Shown: positions 1 to 12,391 of the stretch, piece by piece
Layout: each line of letters opens with the position of its first letter
Numbering within the stretch: the stretch's first letter is position 1
NCBI RefSeq assembly: GCF_001194135.2
Contig: NC_068987.1
Coordinates: 44,515,669 to 44,577,369, forward strand
Direction of reading: 5' to 3'
DNA: 61,701 nucleotides
DNA from: Octopus bimaculoides
Lineage: Eukaryota
Notes under the pieces: model-generated
The model's input: the letters and a program-made list of their open reading frames with translations, nothing else
The model's database searches: none
What the model was told of the DNA's origin: nothing
Made by a program: the position numbers and the translations under genes

Positions 1-281
1 TAACTTTCCTACATTAAATTGGAAGAGAACTGAACGCAGAAACTCCAAACTGATCAACAACAATAAATATTTATTGTTCGGTGGAAAATAAAACAGCTTC
101 TAATTGTCCGGTTTTAGAGTAGCCTGAAATGTAGATGTACTGTTCTTCAAGCTGGTGTCGTTATAGAGACAACTTGGTTCAACCACACTCAAATGGGAGA
201 GCTTGCTTAGACGTCTTGCTTGGTCGCTGTCTGGCTTTGTAAGAGACAATCTAATAGCGGGAACGCTTCGATGTTTTAAAC

Positions 282-343
282 CCACGCATGCGTGGTTAAG
301 GATTCAGCAATGGCGTCGGCCTTTTGGCGCCAATATGACGTCA
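282..343. promoter_or_regulatory. CpG-rich promoter-like motif cluster (NRF1-like palindrome, YY1-like ATGGCG, CRE)
   Basis: Perfect 14-bp palindrome CCACGCATGCGTGG (282-295), ATGGCG (310-315) and TGACGTCA (336-343) in an otherwise CpG-poor window. Motif matches only. Confidence 0.3.
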
Positions 344-344
344 C

Positions 345-1091
345 TACAGGGTCAAACCAGGAGAATAGGGAGGGTGATCAGCCAATTCAAAGCTACAGTT
401 ATGCGTTATGCACAGCAACCATTGAAAGCAAGGACTTATGTTCTGGAATGTTGTCCTGATGAAACAGGACCCCTTTTGTCACTTTTCCTGGACATTTGGT
501 CTTGATAGCCTTTCGTAAATGTCTCAGCAAGTTGGCACAGTACTTTCCATTGATGGTGTGGCCCCTTTGAGGATATTCAATAAACAATGCCTTTTGTATC
601 TCAAAAAACTGTGACGTTTGAAGCAGGTGTTTCCACTGCATGGGTTGTCTCTGGCTTGATGAAACAAAATCTCATCCGGGATTGGAGAATGTTCAAGGAA
701 ACCGTCTAGATTTGCCTCAAGCAATGTCAGATTTTCTCATGATATGATCATGGATGTTTTCCTTGATCTTCAAGACTCTGTTTTCTCCCAATATTCAACT
801 GCTCACTTTTGCATAACTGATATAGCTGGAGCATCATCCTTTAATGTAGCAACCATGTCAACATGAATGTTCTTGAGGACTAAACACTTTCTCTGCAGGT
901 ACTTGATAACACCATGATGTTAAATTTTGACCATTTTCAAGAGAAGTCACTACTAGTTACTTTTGAAGTGTTCTTTGAACAGCCAGATGTCAGTTTACCT
1001 GGAAAGAAGCAATGCAGTTATTAAGAAGATTTGAAATTAATGCATGCAAGATTTCGCACCTTTAACCTATGAACTTTTCAGTCCACCCTCA
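345..1091 (-). mobile_element. Decayed mariner transposon, 3'-truncated
   Basis: 5' TIR-like tatgagggtggactgaaaagttcatagg next to TA (1092-1093). Frameshifted transposase pieces: MVKI*HHGVIKYLQRK, IHVDMVATLKDDAP, MQWKH, GVLFHQDN, FELADHPPYSP. Confidence 0.85.
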
Positions 1092-1924
1092 TACTTCCCC
1101 TTATTACCTTCATGTATTCTTCAATGTTATCCCTCTGTCTATTTTTCTGTTGACATACTCCTTAATCCCCCTTGAAGAATCTATTCCAGGATTCTTTTCA
1201 TTCTTCTTTTGGTAAATTTTCCCCATTATGTCTCGTACGACTAGTGTAATGGTAAAAATTTACTGGTAACAAGCATAGAATTGAAGTGCAAGAATCTAAA
1301 GCTTAAATTTTGAAGACAAAAATTTCTTTTGCAGAAGAAAACATCCTTCAGTTCCTTGCCTTTTCCTTTGCTATGAAGGATTGAAAGCTATTCTGAAAGC
1401 CTTCTGATTAGAATTTACATCCATCTCACAAGATGGGTGTAAGGGTAAAAACTTACCCTCATGGTATATTGCAATGTTCTGATTTTCTTTTCCATCCTTT
1501 CTCCCATCTTCCATCTTCTGCTCCAATAAACAACTATTGCTGACCAACATTCGTTGAACACTTTACTTTTTGATGACGGGTAATTTTTTTATTTGTCATA
1601 AAATATATTTCTGTCTCTTCTGAAATAATTTTATTCCACCATTATCCTTGTTCCCAATTCTTTTGCATCCAACACAGTAAATATCTGACCTGAGTATTTT
1701 AAATGATCTACTTTCTTCACTACTGTTGTGTATCTTAGTATCTTCAGTGTTGCATTTGTCTTTTCTTTGTGTATGTTCAACCCCTATTTTTTTTTACTTG
1801 CCCTCTAATCTCCTAACTGCATTTGTTGTGGTTAAACCCCGCTTTTTATTTGCTCTCTGGCTTATTTGCTCTTTCTAATCCTCTAACTGTATTTGTAGTG
1901 ATTGGTTTACTTTTCTTTATCTAG

Positions 1925-1999
1925 ATGGCAATTCTGCACTGATGTTTAAACTACAAATTGAACATGATCTGGAACTCTCCTACCAAGGACTTCAAAAAG
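1925..1999 (+). CDS. ANAPC16: ANAPC16-like internal coding exon: (D)GNSALMFKLQIEHDLELSYQGLQK(D)
   Basis: Strong acceptor tttacttttctttatctag|AT. 75 nt, phase 1 to phase 1. Donor AAAAG|gttttat is weak. Joins in frame to 5564-5667. Same 24-residue spacing as recalled human D-GSERF...QVKH-D. Confidence 0.65.
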
Positions 2000-2580
2000 G
2001 TTTTATAACTTTTATTCTATTTCTTTTTCTTCCAGCAAAGGGTTGGTTGGTTGATTTAATAAGGTACCAGGCAGTCACTTCAGAGGTAGGCCTTTGTATC
2101 ACTACAGGATTCAGTTTAGCTTTCCTCTCATACCCTCAAGAATCATCACCCACTCTACTATTCTCCCTCAGTTGTAGGGGCCACTTTAGGCTCTTAACCT
2201 TGCAAGTTATTAGGTGATCATTATGAGGGTTGGTGCCACAGAAGAATACAGTTCACTCTGTAAAGTGGTTGGCATTAGGAAGGTATCCAATTGTAGAAAC
2301 CATGTCAAAGTAAACATTGGAGTATGAGGCATAGTCCTCTGACTTGTCAGATCCTGTCAAACTATCCAACCTATGCTAACTTGGAAGATGGACATTAAAT
2401 GATGTACTGTAGTAAATCAGTATCACATGTGGCTTATAGCAGCACTGTAAAATTAATGAGTTTCTGTCTTTTAATTGTTTCCATGAGGAAAGCTATCTGC
2501 TATAGGGAGCATGTTATTCAGAGGAAGATTTTCTCCAGAAACTACAAATTGGGTACCAGTCCAATGGTCTACAAAAGTAA

Positions 2581-2629
<49 letters not shown>

Positions 2630-3109
2630 TATATATATATACACACACACACATATACACAAACATATATACACAAACACACACATATATATACACACAT
2701 ACATACATATACACACACATACATACATATACACACACATACATATACACACACATACATACATATACACATACATACATATATACACGCATACATATAT
2801 ATATATATATGCATACATAAATATATATATATATNNNNNNNNNNNNNNNNNNNNNNNNNNNNNNNNNNNNNNNNNNNNNNNNNNNNNNNNNNNNNNNNNN
2901 NNNNNNNNNNNNNNNNNNNNNNNNNNNNNNNNNNNNNNNNNNNNNACATACATATACACACACATACATACATATACACATACATACATATATACACGCA
3001 TACATATATATATATATATGCATACATAAATATATACACGCATACATACATACATATATATATATATATACATATATATGAACACAGACACACACACACA
3101 CACACACAC

Positions 3110-3455
3110 ACATCATCATTATTTAACGTCTGCTTTCCATGCTACCATGGGTTGGATGGCTTGACTGAGGTCTGGAGAGCCAGCAGCTGCACCAGGCTCC
3201 AATCCAATTCGGCAATGCTTCTACAGCTGGATGCCCCTCCTAACACTAACCACTCCTAGAGTGTAGCAGGTGTCTCCTATGAGCCACCGGCACAGGAGCC
3301 AGTCAGGCGTGCCCGGCTTCAATCACGCTCAGATAGTGCTTCCCATGTGCCACCAGCACAGGAGCCAGTTGTGGATACTGGCATCAGCCACATTCGGATG
3401 GTGCTTTTTACATGCCACTGGCATGGGGGCCAGTCAGGGATTACTGGCATCCTCA
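3110..3455 (-). mobile_element. RTE-clade LINE 3' UTR fragment with (ATG)n tail
   Basis: Same terminal sequence as the RT-bearing copies (catggaaagcagacgttaaa + atg repeats on the minus strand). Confidence 0.75.
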
Positions 3456-3895
3456 GCCTTACATTTCCCAGTTATAATTGCTGCTTCTAGGACATGAGGT
3501 TGTATTATTTTCACTACCAGTCTGGTGCCATTGCACAGGTGAGGTGGATCCAGATTCCTGAGCAGCATGATTGGGGCCCTCATTTTAAGTGTTAGGTTAT
3601 GAGATGGTCATAGAGAGTTCAGGAACTCAGTTGAAAAAACTATAGTTTGGTTCTGATCAATGACAGTGTCGATGGATTTGAAAGACTGTTCTTGTCCTGG
3701 CAACCGCTGCAAGAGATCCCAATTGATTTTGTTGATAGCATCATTACATGGAGCTAAGATGGCTTGCTCACATAGCCATTGACTGTTGCTAAATTTTTGT
3801 GCAATGTTTGGAAACATGCATTTTGAGATCATTGATAGTTGGTAGCATATCACCACAGGGTAGCTTGTGTTGTTGTTGCAATTCTCCATATAAAA
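3455..3895 (-). mobile_element. Helitron PIF1-like helicase fragment
   Basis: WLCEQAILAPCNDAINKIN...FSTEFLNSL, then APIMLLRNLDPPHLCNGTRLVV, typical of Helitron Rep/Hel helicases. Confidence 0.85.
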
Positions 3896-4837
3896 TCCTG
3901 GTTTAGTGACAGATTAATCAAGTCAGTAAAGTTTTAATGTTTTTGGTAACAACATATTCTCTTATAATTAAATATTAAGAAAGACAGACATCAAGTTAAC
4001 TTGGTTCGTGTAGGGTGCATGACATCGCCTCTAACCCTTTCCAGTGTCTAATATGTACATGTACAACCGTTAGACATTTATGGAGGGTGAGTAATAGGAA
4101 GGTTAAGGAGGATTCTCAGGAGAGGTGGGGGGTGAGATTTCCCACCCCTTCCCCTTTACCCAGTGGTATAATTGAAAAGAATATAGGGACAGGTACAAAA
4201 TTCAAGTGGTGAATTTTATGAAATTTTCCACCCTGTATTAAATTCCTTTCTTCTCCAAATGTCTATAAAGGACTCCATAGGGATTTAGATTTTTACATCC
4301 CTATGCTACCTAAAATCTTATAGCTGTTTCCTATATGGTATAAGGAATGGGATGAATTTTGGTTTTCATTCCTTTCTCAAGTACAGGTGAAATCTATTGA
4401 TCTTCAGAAAAGACAAGCTAGTCAGGGATTCAAAGTTAAGTTCAATTCTACCTGGATTGTTTGATAGATGAACATCATATCCTGAAGATCAGCCTCACAT
4501 TAGCTTAGCACCTGGAAGCCTGGGATAATCTTTGCTCAGTAAGATCATAAGAATGATCTCATCTGAGGTAAATGCTTGTATATAATCTAAGAAACAAATG
4601 AGTTTTTAGATAGATAGATGACTACAAGTTTAGTAGTCTATCATCAATTATATTGACTTCAGTATTTAGGAAGGAAACAACAAAAATAATTCATTTTGGC
4701 TCAAAGCCACAATTTTTAGGGTAGGGAACAAATTGAGTGTTTGGTACTTATTTCATTAGCCCTGAAGGAAGGTGAAGACACCTACAAGATCTGAACTGAA
4801 AGGGATATCATTAAATACTGTCAAATACTTAGATGCA

Positions 4838-5010
4838 GATGTGGGTATGTGGTTATGAAGCTTGTGTTCCGACCATGTGGTTTCAGTTTCAGTCTCACTG
4901 CACAGCACCATGGGCAAATGTCTTCTACTGTAGCCCTAGGCTTCCCAAATCCTCATGAGTGGATTTAGTAGATGAAAACTGAAAGAAGCCTGTTTTATAT
5001 GTGTGTGTGC
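4838..5010 (+). mobile_element. tRNA-derived SINE family A (representative). Further copies at about 17130-17345, 28745-28930, 29560-29720, 32260-32435, 42840-42985, 44715-44865, 45750-45900, 50350-50480, 50880-51045
   Basis: Recurrent head gtggctgtgtggtaagaagcttgcttcccaaccatgtggtt..gggttcagtccca with A/B-box-like motifs; body ends in a (TG/TA)n tail. Confidence 0.75.
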
Positions 5011-5563
5011 ATGTATATTCCCTTGTCTTGACATGTGATGATTGCAAATGAACATCAGCATCATACACACAATATCATTTCCTGTTTTCCAAGTGAGGGT
5101 TGGCAACAGGAAGGGCATCAAGCTACAAAAAACCTGTCTCAACAAATTGTCTGCCCAAGCAAGCATGGAAATGTGGACATGAAACTATGGGGAATAAAAA
5201 TAATCTCTAATATAGGTACAAGGCCACAAATGTGAAGGAGAATACAATTGATTTAATCAACTTAGTTTATTAATTTCAAAAGCAAAGTTGACCCTGGCAG
5301 GATTTGAACTCTGAAGAGAATTAAATATCACAAAGCATCTTCCATGTATCTATAAACTTTGAATTGCATCAAGATAGTGGTCTTCGACATACTATTTACA
5401 TCACAAAACTATTCTGTTTAACCTGTTTTCACCTTCATGATTATGTTCCTTTTTTTTTCTCTCTTATATTAAACCGTAAAGAATAAAAAATAAAAAATTA
5501 TTATTCCTAAAATTGATAAAGTGCTTTAATTATCATCTTAGGTTATAATTATTTATTTTTCAG

Positions 5564-5667
5564 ATCTCCATGAACAACGGATGAAAAATTTACGTCAAAA
5601 GGCAAAATCTTTGGCTGAAAATGACTGGCAGTATCCAGCTATAGAGAATCTGATTGGGCTTAATTGA
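5564..5667 (+). CDS. ANAPC16: ANAPC16-like terminal coding exon: (D)LHEQRMKNLRQKAKSLAENDWQYPAIENLIGLN*
   Basis: Acceptor atttatttttcag|AT; stop TGA at 5665-5667. Resembles the recalled APC16 C-terminus ([29 protein letters not shown]), including the D/E-W-x-[FY]-x-x-I-E-x-L-[IL]-G pattern. Confidence 0.8.
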
Positions 5668-5696
5668 GGATGTATTTTGATTATAATATTTTAACT

Positions 5697-5702
5697 AATA
5701 AA
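5697..5702 (+). promoter_or_regulatory. Polyadenylation signal AATAAA of ANAPC16-like gene
   Basis: AATAAA 30 nt after the stop, followed by a T-rich downstream stretch. Confidence 0.6.
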
Positions 5703-5937
5703 AGTCTTCTATTGAATTTTGTTTTATTTTTTAAATTATTTTCAGTCATTTAACAGCAGCCATGCCAGAGGTGGGGAGTACAACTCAGTCTGGTACAAAC
5801 TTTATTGGTCTAAAGTTTCATGTGATTTTGAGGCAAGTGTCTTCTATTAAAGCACAGGGCCAATCAAAGCCTTGTGATCAAATCTGGGAGATGGGAACTA
5901 AAAGGAGCTTGTTGTGTGTATATATATATATATATAT

Positions 5938-7100
5938 CATCATCATCATCATCGTTTAACGTCCGCTTTCCATGCTAGCATGGTTTGGACGATTTGACTG
6001 AGGACTGGTGAAACCGGATGGCAACACCAGGCTCCAATCTAATTTGGCAGAGTTTCTATAGCTGGATGCCCTTCCTAACGCCAACCACTCAGAGAGTGTA
6101 GTGGGTGCTTTTACGTGTCACCTGCACGAAAACGGCCACGCTCGAAATGGTGTCCTTTATGTGCCACCCGCACNNNNNNNNNNNNNNNNNNNNNNNNNNN
6201 NNNNNNNNNNNNNNNNNNNNNNNNNNNNNNNNNNNNNNNNNNNNNNNNNNNNNNNNNNNNNNNNNNNNNNNNNNNNNNNNNNNNNNNNNNNNNNNNNNNN
6301 NNNNNNNNNNNNNNNNNNNNNNNNNNNNNNNNNNNNNNNNNNNNNNNNNNNNNNNNNNNNNNNNNNNNNNNNNNNNNNNNNNNNNNNNNNNNNNNNNNNN
6401 NNNNNNNNNNNNNNNNNNNNNNNNNNNNNNNNNNNNNNNNNNNNNNNNNNNNNNNNNNNNNNNNNNNNNNNNNNNNNNNNNNNNNNNNNNNNNNNNNNNN
6501 NNNNNNNNNNNNNNNNNNNNNNNNNNNNNNNNNNNNNNNNNNNNNNNNNNNNNNNNNNNNNNNNNNNNNNNNNNNNNNNNNNNNNNNNNNNNNNNNNNNN
6601 NNNNNNNNNNNNNNNNNNNNNNNNNNNNNNNNNNNNNNNNNNNNNNNNNNNNNNNNNNNNNNNNNNNNNNNNNNNNNNNNNNNNNNNNNNNNNNNNNNNN
6701 NNNNNNNNNNNNNNNNNNNNNNNNNNNNNNNNNNNNNNNNNNNNNNNNNNNNNNNNNNNNNNNNNNNNNNNNNNNNNNNNNNNNNNNNNNNNNNNNNNNN
6801 NNNNNNNNNNNNNNNNNNNNNNNNNNNNNNNNNNNNNNNNNNNNNNNNNNNNNNNNNNNNNNNNNNNNNNNNNNNNNNNNNNNNNNNNNNNNNNNNNNNN
6901 NNNNNNNNNNNNNNNNNNNNNNNNNNNNNNNNNNNNNNNNNNNNNNNNNNNNNNNNNNNNNNNNNNNNNNNCGTTACACTTTCAGCGCACCCACCCCCAC
7001 TACTAACTTGGTCACCCAGATAGCGGAAGCTATCGACTACCTCTAGTTTTTCTCCCTGGAATGAGATAGAAGTTGTTTCCTGTTTGTTTACAGTGTTTAT
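5938..7100 (-). mobile_element. Young RTE-clade LINE 3' end spanning an assembly gap
   Basis: (CAT)n tail at 5938; about 97% identical to 61454-61701 by manual comparison; RT-like sequence resumes after the gap. Confidence 0.8.
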
Positions 7101-8809
7101 TGCACCTGAACATCTATATATATATATATGATGATGTGTGTTTGACTTTCCCTGTCTTGGCTCATTAGATAGATATCAATAAGTGTCATCATCATTCATG
7201 TGGGGTCCTTTACTTCCAGTTTTCCATGATAGCATATCCAGCCAAGGGGATATATTATCTTGTTTCTAAAAATAGGTGAGGGTTGGTAACAGGAAGGCAC
7301 CCACCCATACAAACTCTGCTTCAGCAAATCTCATCCATTTAAGTGTGAAAAAGTAAACAGTTAAATGATAAATTACATTAGTGAATGCACACAAACTGTT
7401 TTCACCTACCAAATTTCATGCAAGATATTAGTCAAACTAAAGCCATGCTGAGAGGCTGAACATGGAACTGCAGTTGTGGAGTGAATTTCATTAACTACAT
7501 AGCCCTTAGATAGATTTTATTCCTTAACCCTTTAGCATTCAGATTATTCTTATTTATTCACATTGTTTGGAATTACTGATATATTATCTTTCTGCATTGA
7601 GAGTTTGATGATGTGCTTGTCTATTTTTAGTATGACATCACGGGGTAGGTGTGTGAGGATGCGACCTGTCTTTCCATCACATCTTTGATTTTTTTGTTCA
7701 ATTCTAAATAAACTCTTTAGAAAACAAGGTGAACATCAAAATCAAATAATCACTGAGAATTTTGATAGGATTTGTCATTGGACAAAAAGACGTAGCACCA
7801 TGGGAAGCTGAATATGGTTAGTTTAAACATAAAACAGGTATACTATTCACTCCTTGTTAGTGTCCAATCATATCCATGATCCAGGAAAGTTCAAAATCTT
7901 GGATATACAATCATTCAAATTTTGTTGGGTAGCCTGTTAAAACTGTTTTAGCAGATCTGTAACAGCAAGTTCCTTATGGCAAAACTAATATCAACACTGA
8001 AGATTTGCAGTAACAATGAATGACAAATCATACAGCAATGGCTTGTGACAGTCACATAGCAGAATCCAATATATGGTTGGATGTGCTGGTATAGTTGCTT
8101 ATATTTTGTCAACAATATTAACAAGTGTCTGTAGCCAAGATGCTTAATTTTAAAAAGTTTAATCTACTTAGAAAAAAGATGTAATTTTTGTGGTTAAGAA
8201 GTTTACTTTCCAACCAGATGAGTTTGGTTCTGCTGTGTGACACCTCAGGCAACTATCTTTTGTTAGATCCCCAGACTAGCCAAAGCCTTGTGAGTGGATT
8301 TGGTAAATGGAAACTGAAAAAAAAAAAAAAAAAAAAGCTCATTGTATATATGTGCTTGCATGCCTCCATGTCTTGATAATGTGATAGTTATAAACAAATG
8401 TCAGCATCATAAAAGTGGTGTTCTGCATATCTAATCTTCTGTGAAAAACGGTCACATCATGAAAAAATATTACTTTGCTTGGAAACAACTGAGAGCTGGC
8501 GACGGGAAGATCATTTCACCATAGAAAATCTGCCTCCATAAATCCCATCTGATCCATGCAAGTATGGGAAAGTGGATGTTATGATGCTAGATGTCTGTTA
8601 AGTTCAAATCATCTCTTTGGAACACAATTATTTGATTAAATATTTGCTAGTGACCTATGAATTTACGCAGTTAATTGTAGTTTGTTTATTTGTATTAACT
8701 TAGATTCTAGCACCCAGTACACACTGTGATGTGGCTGGCATAAGGGCAGGCAATTTCAGAGAATATACCAAAGCAGATATTGGCGTTTAATGCAGGGGTA
8801 TCCAGAAGT

Positions 8810-9050
8810 GCAATGGCCCAGTGGTTAGGGCAGCGGACTCGCGGTCATAGGATCGCAGTTTCGTTTCCCAGACAGAGCGTTGTGAGTGTTTATTGAGCAA
8901 AAACACCTAAAGCTCCACGAGGCTCCGGCAGGGGATGGTGGCGAACCCTGTTGTACTCTTCCACCACAACTTTCTCTCACTCTTTCTTCCTGTTTCTGTT
9001 GTACCTGTATTTCAAAGGGCCAGCCTTGTCACACTGTGTCACGCTGAATA
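8810..9050 (+). mobile_element. tRNA-derived SINE family B (young, CpG-retaining)
   Basis: tRNA-like head gcaatggcccagtggttagggcagcggactcgcgg. Core aagggccagccttgtcacac is shared with the copy at 31045-31830. Confidence 0.7.
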
Positions 9051-11101
9051 NNNNNNNNNNNNNNNNNNNNNNNNNNNNNNNNNNNNNNNNNNNNNNNNNN
9101 NNNNNNNNNNNNNNNNNNNNNNNNNNNNNNNNNNNNNNNNNNNNNNNNNNNNNNNNNNNNNNNNNNNNNNNNNNNNNNNNNNNNNNNNNNNNNNNNNNNN
9201 NNNNNNNNNNNNNNNNNNNNNNNNNNNNNNNNNNNNNNNNNNNNNNNNNNNNNNNNNNNNNNNNNNNNNNNNNNNNNNNNNNNNNNNNNNNNNNNNNNNN
9301 NNNNNNNNNNNNNNNNNNNNNNNNNNNNNNNNNNNNNNNNNNNNNNNNNNNNNNNNNNNNNNNNNNNNNNNNNNNNNNNNNNNNNNNNNNNNNNNNNNNN
9401 NNNNNNNNNNNNNNNNNNNNNNNNNNNNNNNNNNNNNNNNNNNNNNNNNNNNNNNNNNNNNNNNNNNNNNNNNNNNNNNNNNNNNNNNNNNNNNNNNNNN
9501 NNNNNNNNNNNNNNNNNNNNNNNNNNNNNNNNNNNNNNNNNNNNNNNNNNNNNNNNNNNNNNNNNNNNNNNNNNNNNNNNNNNNNNNNNNNNNNNNNNNN
9601 NNNNNNNNNNNNNNNNNNNNNNNNNNNNNNNNNNNNNNNNNNNNNNNNNNNNNNNNNNNNNNNNNNNNNNNNNNNNNNNNNNNNNNNNNNNNNNNNNNNN
9701 NNNNNNNNNNNNNNNNNNNNGAAATTCACTATTGACCCCATGTTCACCGTTTATTGGATTTGCTTCTATCCTCACTTCTAACTATCTTTCATATTTTTTG
9801 CGAACCTACCAACACAGCCACCCTCAATTCTGTCCCTATTCACTCTCTATATTCCGTATTGTACCTTGGGGGTAGGCCCCAACAACTCACCTCTACTATT
9901 CATCCTCACCAGTGCTTCTCAATCGATTCTTTTATCTATGGATCCCTTTGATTACTATTTTATTCTGGTGACCCCCATAGTTATTCTTAAACTACTTTCA
10001 AAACTTCTATTATTGTTGTTCACTAACTTGTGTAGGTTGAGCTATGTAACATGTTAGAGAGAGAAATCTAGCTGTTTCTTACAATACATATCAACACATA
10101 CATCTACAGCAAAAGTTTTTCAGGGGCCCTCAAAAAACTATGGATCTACAATTTACTATTTTGTTGCATGGACCCTCAGGGGCCATATGAATTCTAGTTG
10201 AGAACCAATGATATACACCTATCAAAACCAATAAATTATGAATAGCACAATAAGCTTATAAAAGTAACGATTTATAAATGAAAGACTGTCAGCAAAACAC
10301 ATAAGCACACACATTTTATTTGCAGCTAAGGATCTGTTGCTTTTTAAAGTTCCTATCCTGCAGCTATTTGTCATGTTGACTGTGATAATATACACATGTA
10401 TTTGAAGTATAATACAATTTCTAAGGAAACGATGTCAACAAGAGATCTTTACTATAATTGTTTTTTAGATCTGCAAAGTATATACTACTCAGCGGTAATA
10501 CTGAGAAATTCCACTGTTACTTCAAAATCAAGTAGTTAATTCTGTTAAAGATCTAGTTAAGTGCAGGTTAACATATTTAATGTTAACCAAAACTAATTTT
10601 TAATCAACTGAAATCGCTCTTAACATTAAAAAATAAAACAAAGATTAGTATTAATTTATCAATAAGGGGAAGGGAAGTAACTCTGAAATTCAACTTTCTA
10701 ATAATTTTTCTTTCTATTTCATGGATAATTACAATAGATTAAAAATTCTTTTTGGATAACAAATAGCTATATGTTCAGCATATAGAAGGTATGCTGAGAA
10801 TATTTCCCTCATGTGATTATGTGAAAATAAATATCTTGCTGTGAGGTCTTATTTCTCTCGGTGACGATAAGATCTCACTTGTGACTGCTATAATCTTTCA
10901 TCACAAAGGTGGAGGATTTGTTACATGAAGAGCTGATGGTCAAGAAAATTGAAGGAGGTTGAAAGTGTGTTGTTATTTGAAGGAAAGAATTCATTAAACA
11001 TTTTATAAATGCTTGCTCTAATTAATTAAATATTCAAATATATTTGTGTAGAATACACTCATTCATACCAAGAATAATTATACAGAAAAAGGTTTCCTTA
11101 C

Positions 11102-11209
11102 CCTTTTTTCAATGGTGTTATATAAAATAGAGAGTAGCTGTTTTGTGTCTGGTGAGATGACCATTTGTAAGACATGAGCATCAACAGTTGCTGATATCCA
11201 ATCAACAAT
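11102..11209 (-). CDS. NOL11: NOL11-like penultimate exon: IVDWISATVDAHVLQMVISPDTKQLLSILYNTIEKR
   Basis: ttcattctgtactcatatag|...|gtaagg, 108 nt. Compare human [36 protein letters not shown]. Confidence 0.92.
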
Positions 11210-12391
11210 CTATATGAGTACAGAATGAAAAGGTTCTCATTAGAATATATTTACTTTAACATCAATCTATCAACATTCATCTTTATTGTATGATAAATGA
11301 CAATTACTGTCAATGGAGAACTGGACAAACAGTGAGGTGTCAAGAGGTTAGTATTTTGTGTCTTGGTCTAACACATTTAACTCTCAATAACCCTATTGAC
11401 CAGGATGTATGTATATAGATACCAGAGGATAATATAATTTACTGGAGTAAGAAGTACTTGAAAATTGCTGAGTGATTCACTAGCATTTGGAATTGTCCAC
11501 AAAATAACGGTTTGAAATTTTGGCATAAGGCCAACAATTCCAGAGAAGGGGATAAGAAGTCTATTACCTTGACTCCACAGCTCAACTGGTACTTGTTTTA
11601 TAAACCCAAAATGATAAAAGGCAAAGTCAACCCTGATAGAATTTGGACACGGAAAATAAAGACAGACTAAATGCCACTAAGCGTTTTGCCCAGCATGCTA
11701 ACAATTCTGCTGTTTTTCCATCTTGACTGTCCATAACAATAAGTTTAATTTTGGTACAAGGTCAGCAATTTTAAGGAAAGGGGATGTCACTTATATTGTT
11801 CCCAGTCCTCAATTGGTTATTTATTCAGCCCAAAAGGATAAAAGGTGAAATCAACCTAAGCAGCATTTGAAATCCAAAGGTAAGGAACTGGAAGAAAAGC
11901 CAATAAGCATTTTGCCTGGCATGTTAACAATTTTACCAGCTCAATACCCTAATAGTAATAATGATAACATACATACTAGCATTGTTCCAGGGCAATTTTC
12001 ACAATACAATGCCTTGATTTCAGTTTTTTGTTCCATGTCTTCACCAACAGATAATCCTCTTGATCAAGATGGATTTCTGTATTATTTGGAGTAATTTATA
12101 AAGTATCGAGAAGCAAAGTTTTTGTTTTCACATTTGGTGCATAAATATAAAGATCTTTCTAAACTTGCTGCTGATGCTTTGTGAGGGTCTTTTCACTAAT
12201 AAAATTATCCGCACACACTCAGCATGAGCAATATACATGTATGGAGAGTTAGCAAGAGAGCAGTAAACATACAGGAGAGAGGTAGAAAGTTTACAATGAG
12301 AAATGCATAAATAAAAGACAGAGAAATGTCAAAGAGTTTGACATTTTAAAATTAAGTGAAACTTCAAATTTGATATATTGATGTAGTTTTT

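Noticed and set aside
310-459. ATG GCG TCG GCC ORF as the first ANAPC16 coding exon
   Set aside because: The only nearby GT donor gives phase 2 rather than the required phase 1, and sequence beyond about 345 is antisense mariner.
1457-1619. Minus-strand acceptor/donor pair (atttcag| ... |gtaagt) within the ANAPC16 intron region
   Set aside because: Stops in all three frames and no NOL11 C-terminal similarity. An antisense non-coding exon cannot be excluded but is unsupported.
2399-3259. Long ORFs rich in IYIY/HTHT/CVCV (also at 13963-15729, 36688-37118 and elsewhere)
   Set aside because: They are translations of (TA)n/(CA)n microsatellites, which lack stops by composition.
8810-8880. tRNA-like sequence
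   Set aside because: It runs straight into a multicopy SINE body and has no proper acceptor stem; a SINE head, not a tRNA gene.
6101-9781. 250-310 aa ORFs made mostly of X (also 23268-23717, 25883-26700, 30168-30844)
   Set aside because: Artifacts of N gaps.
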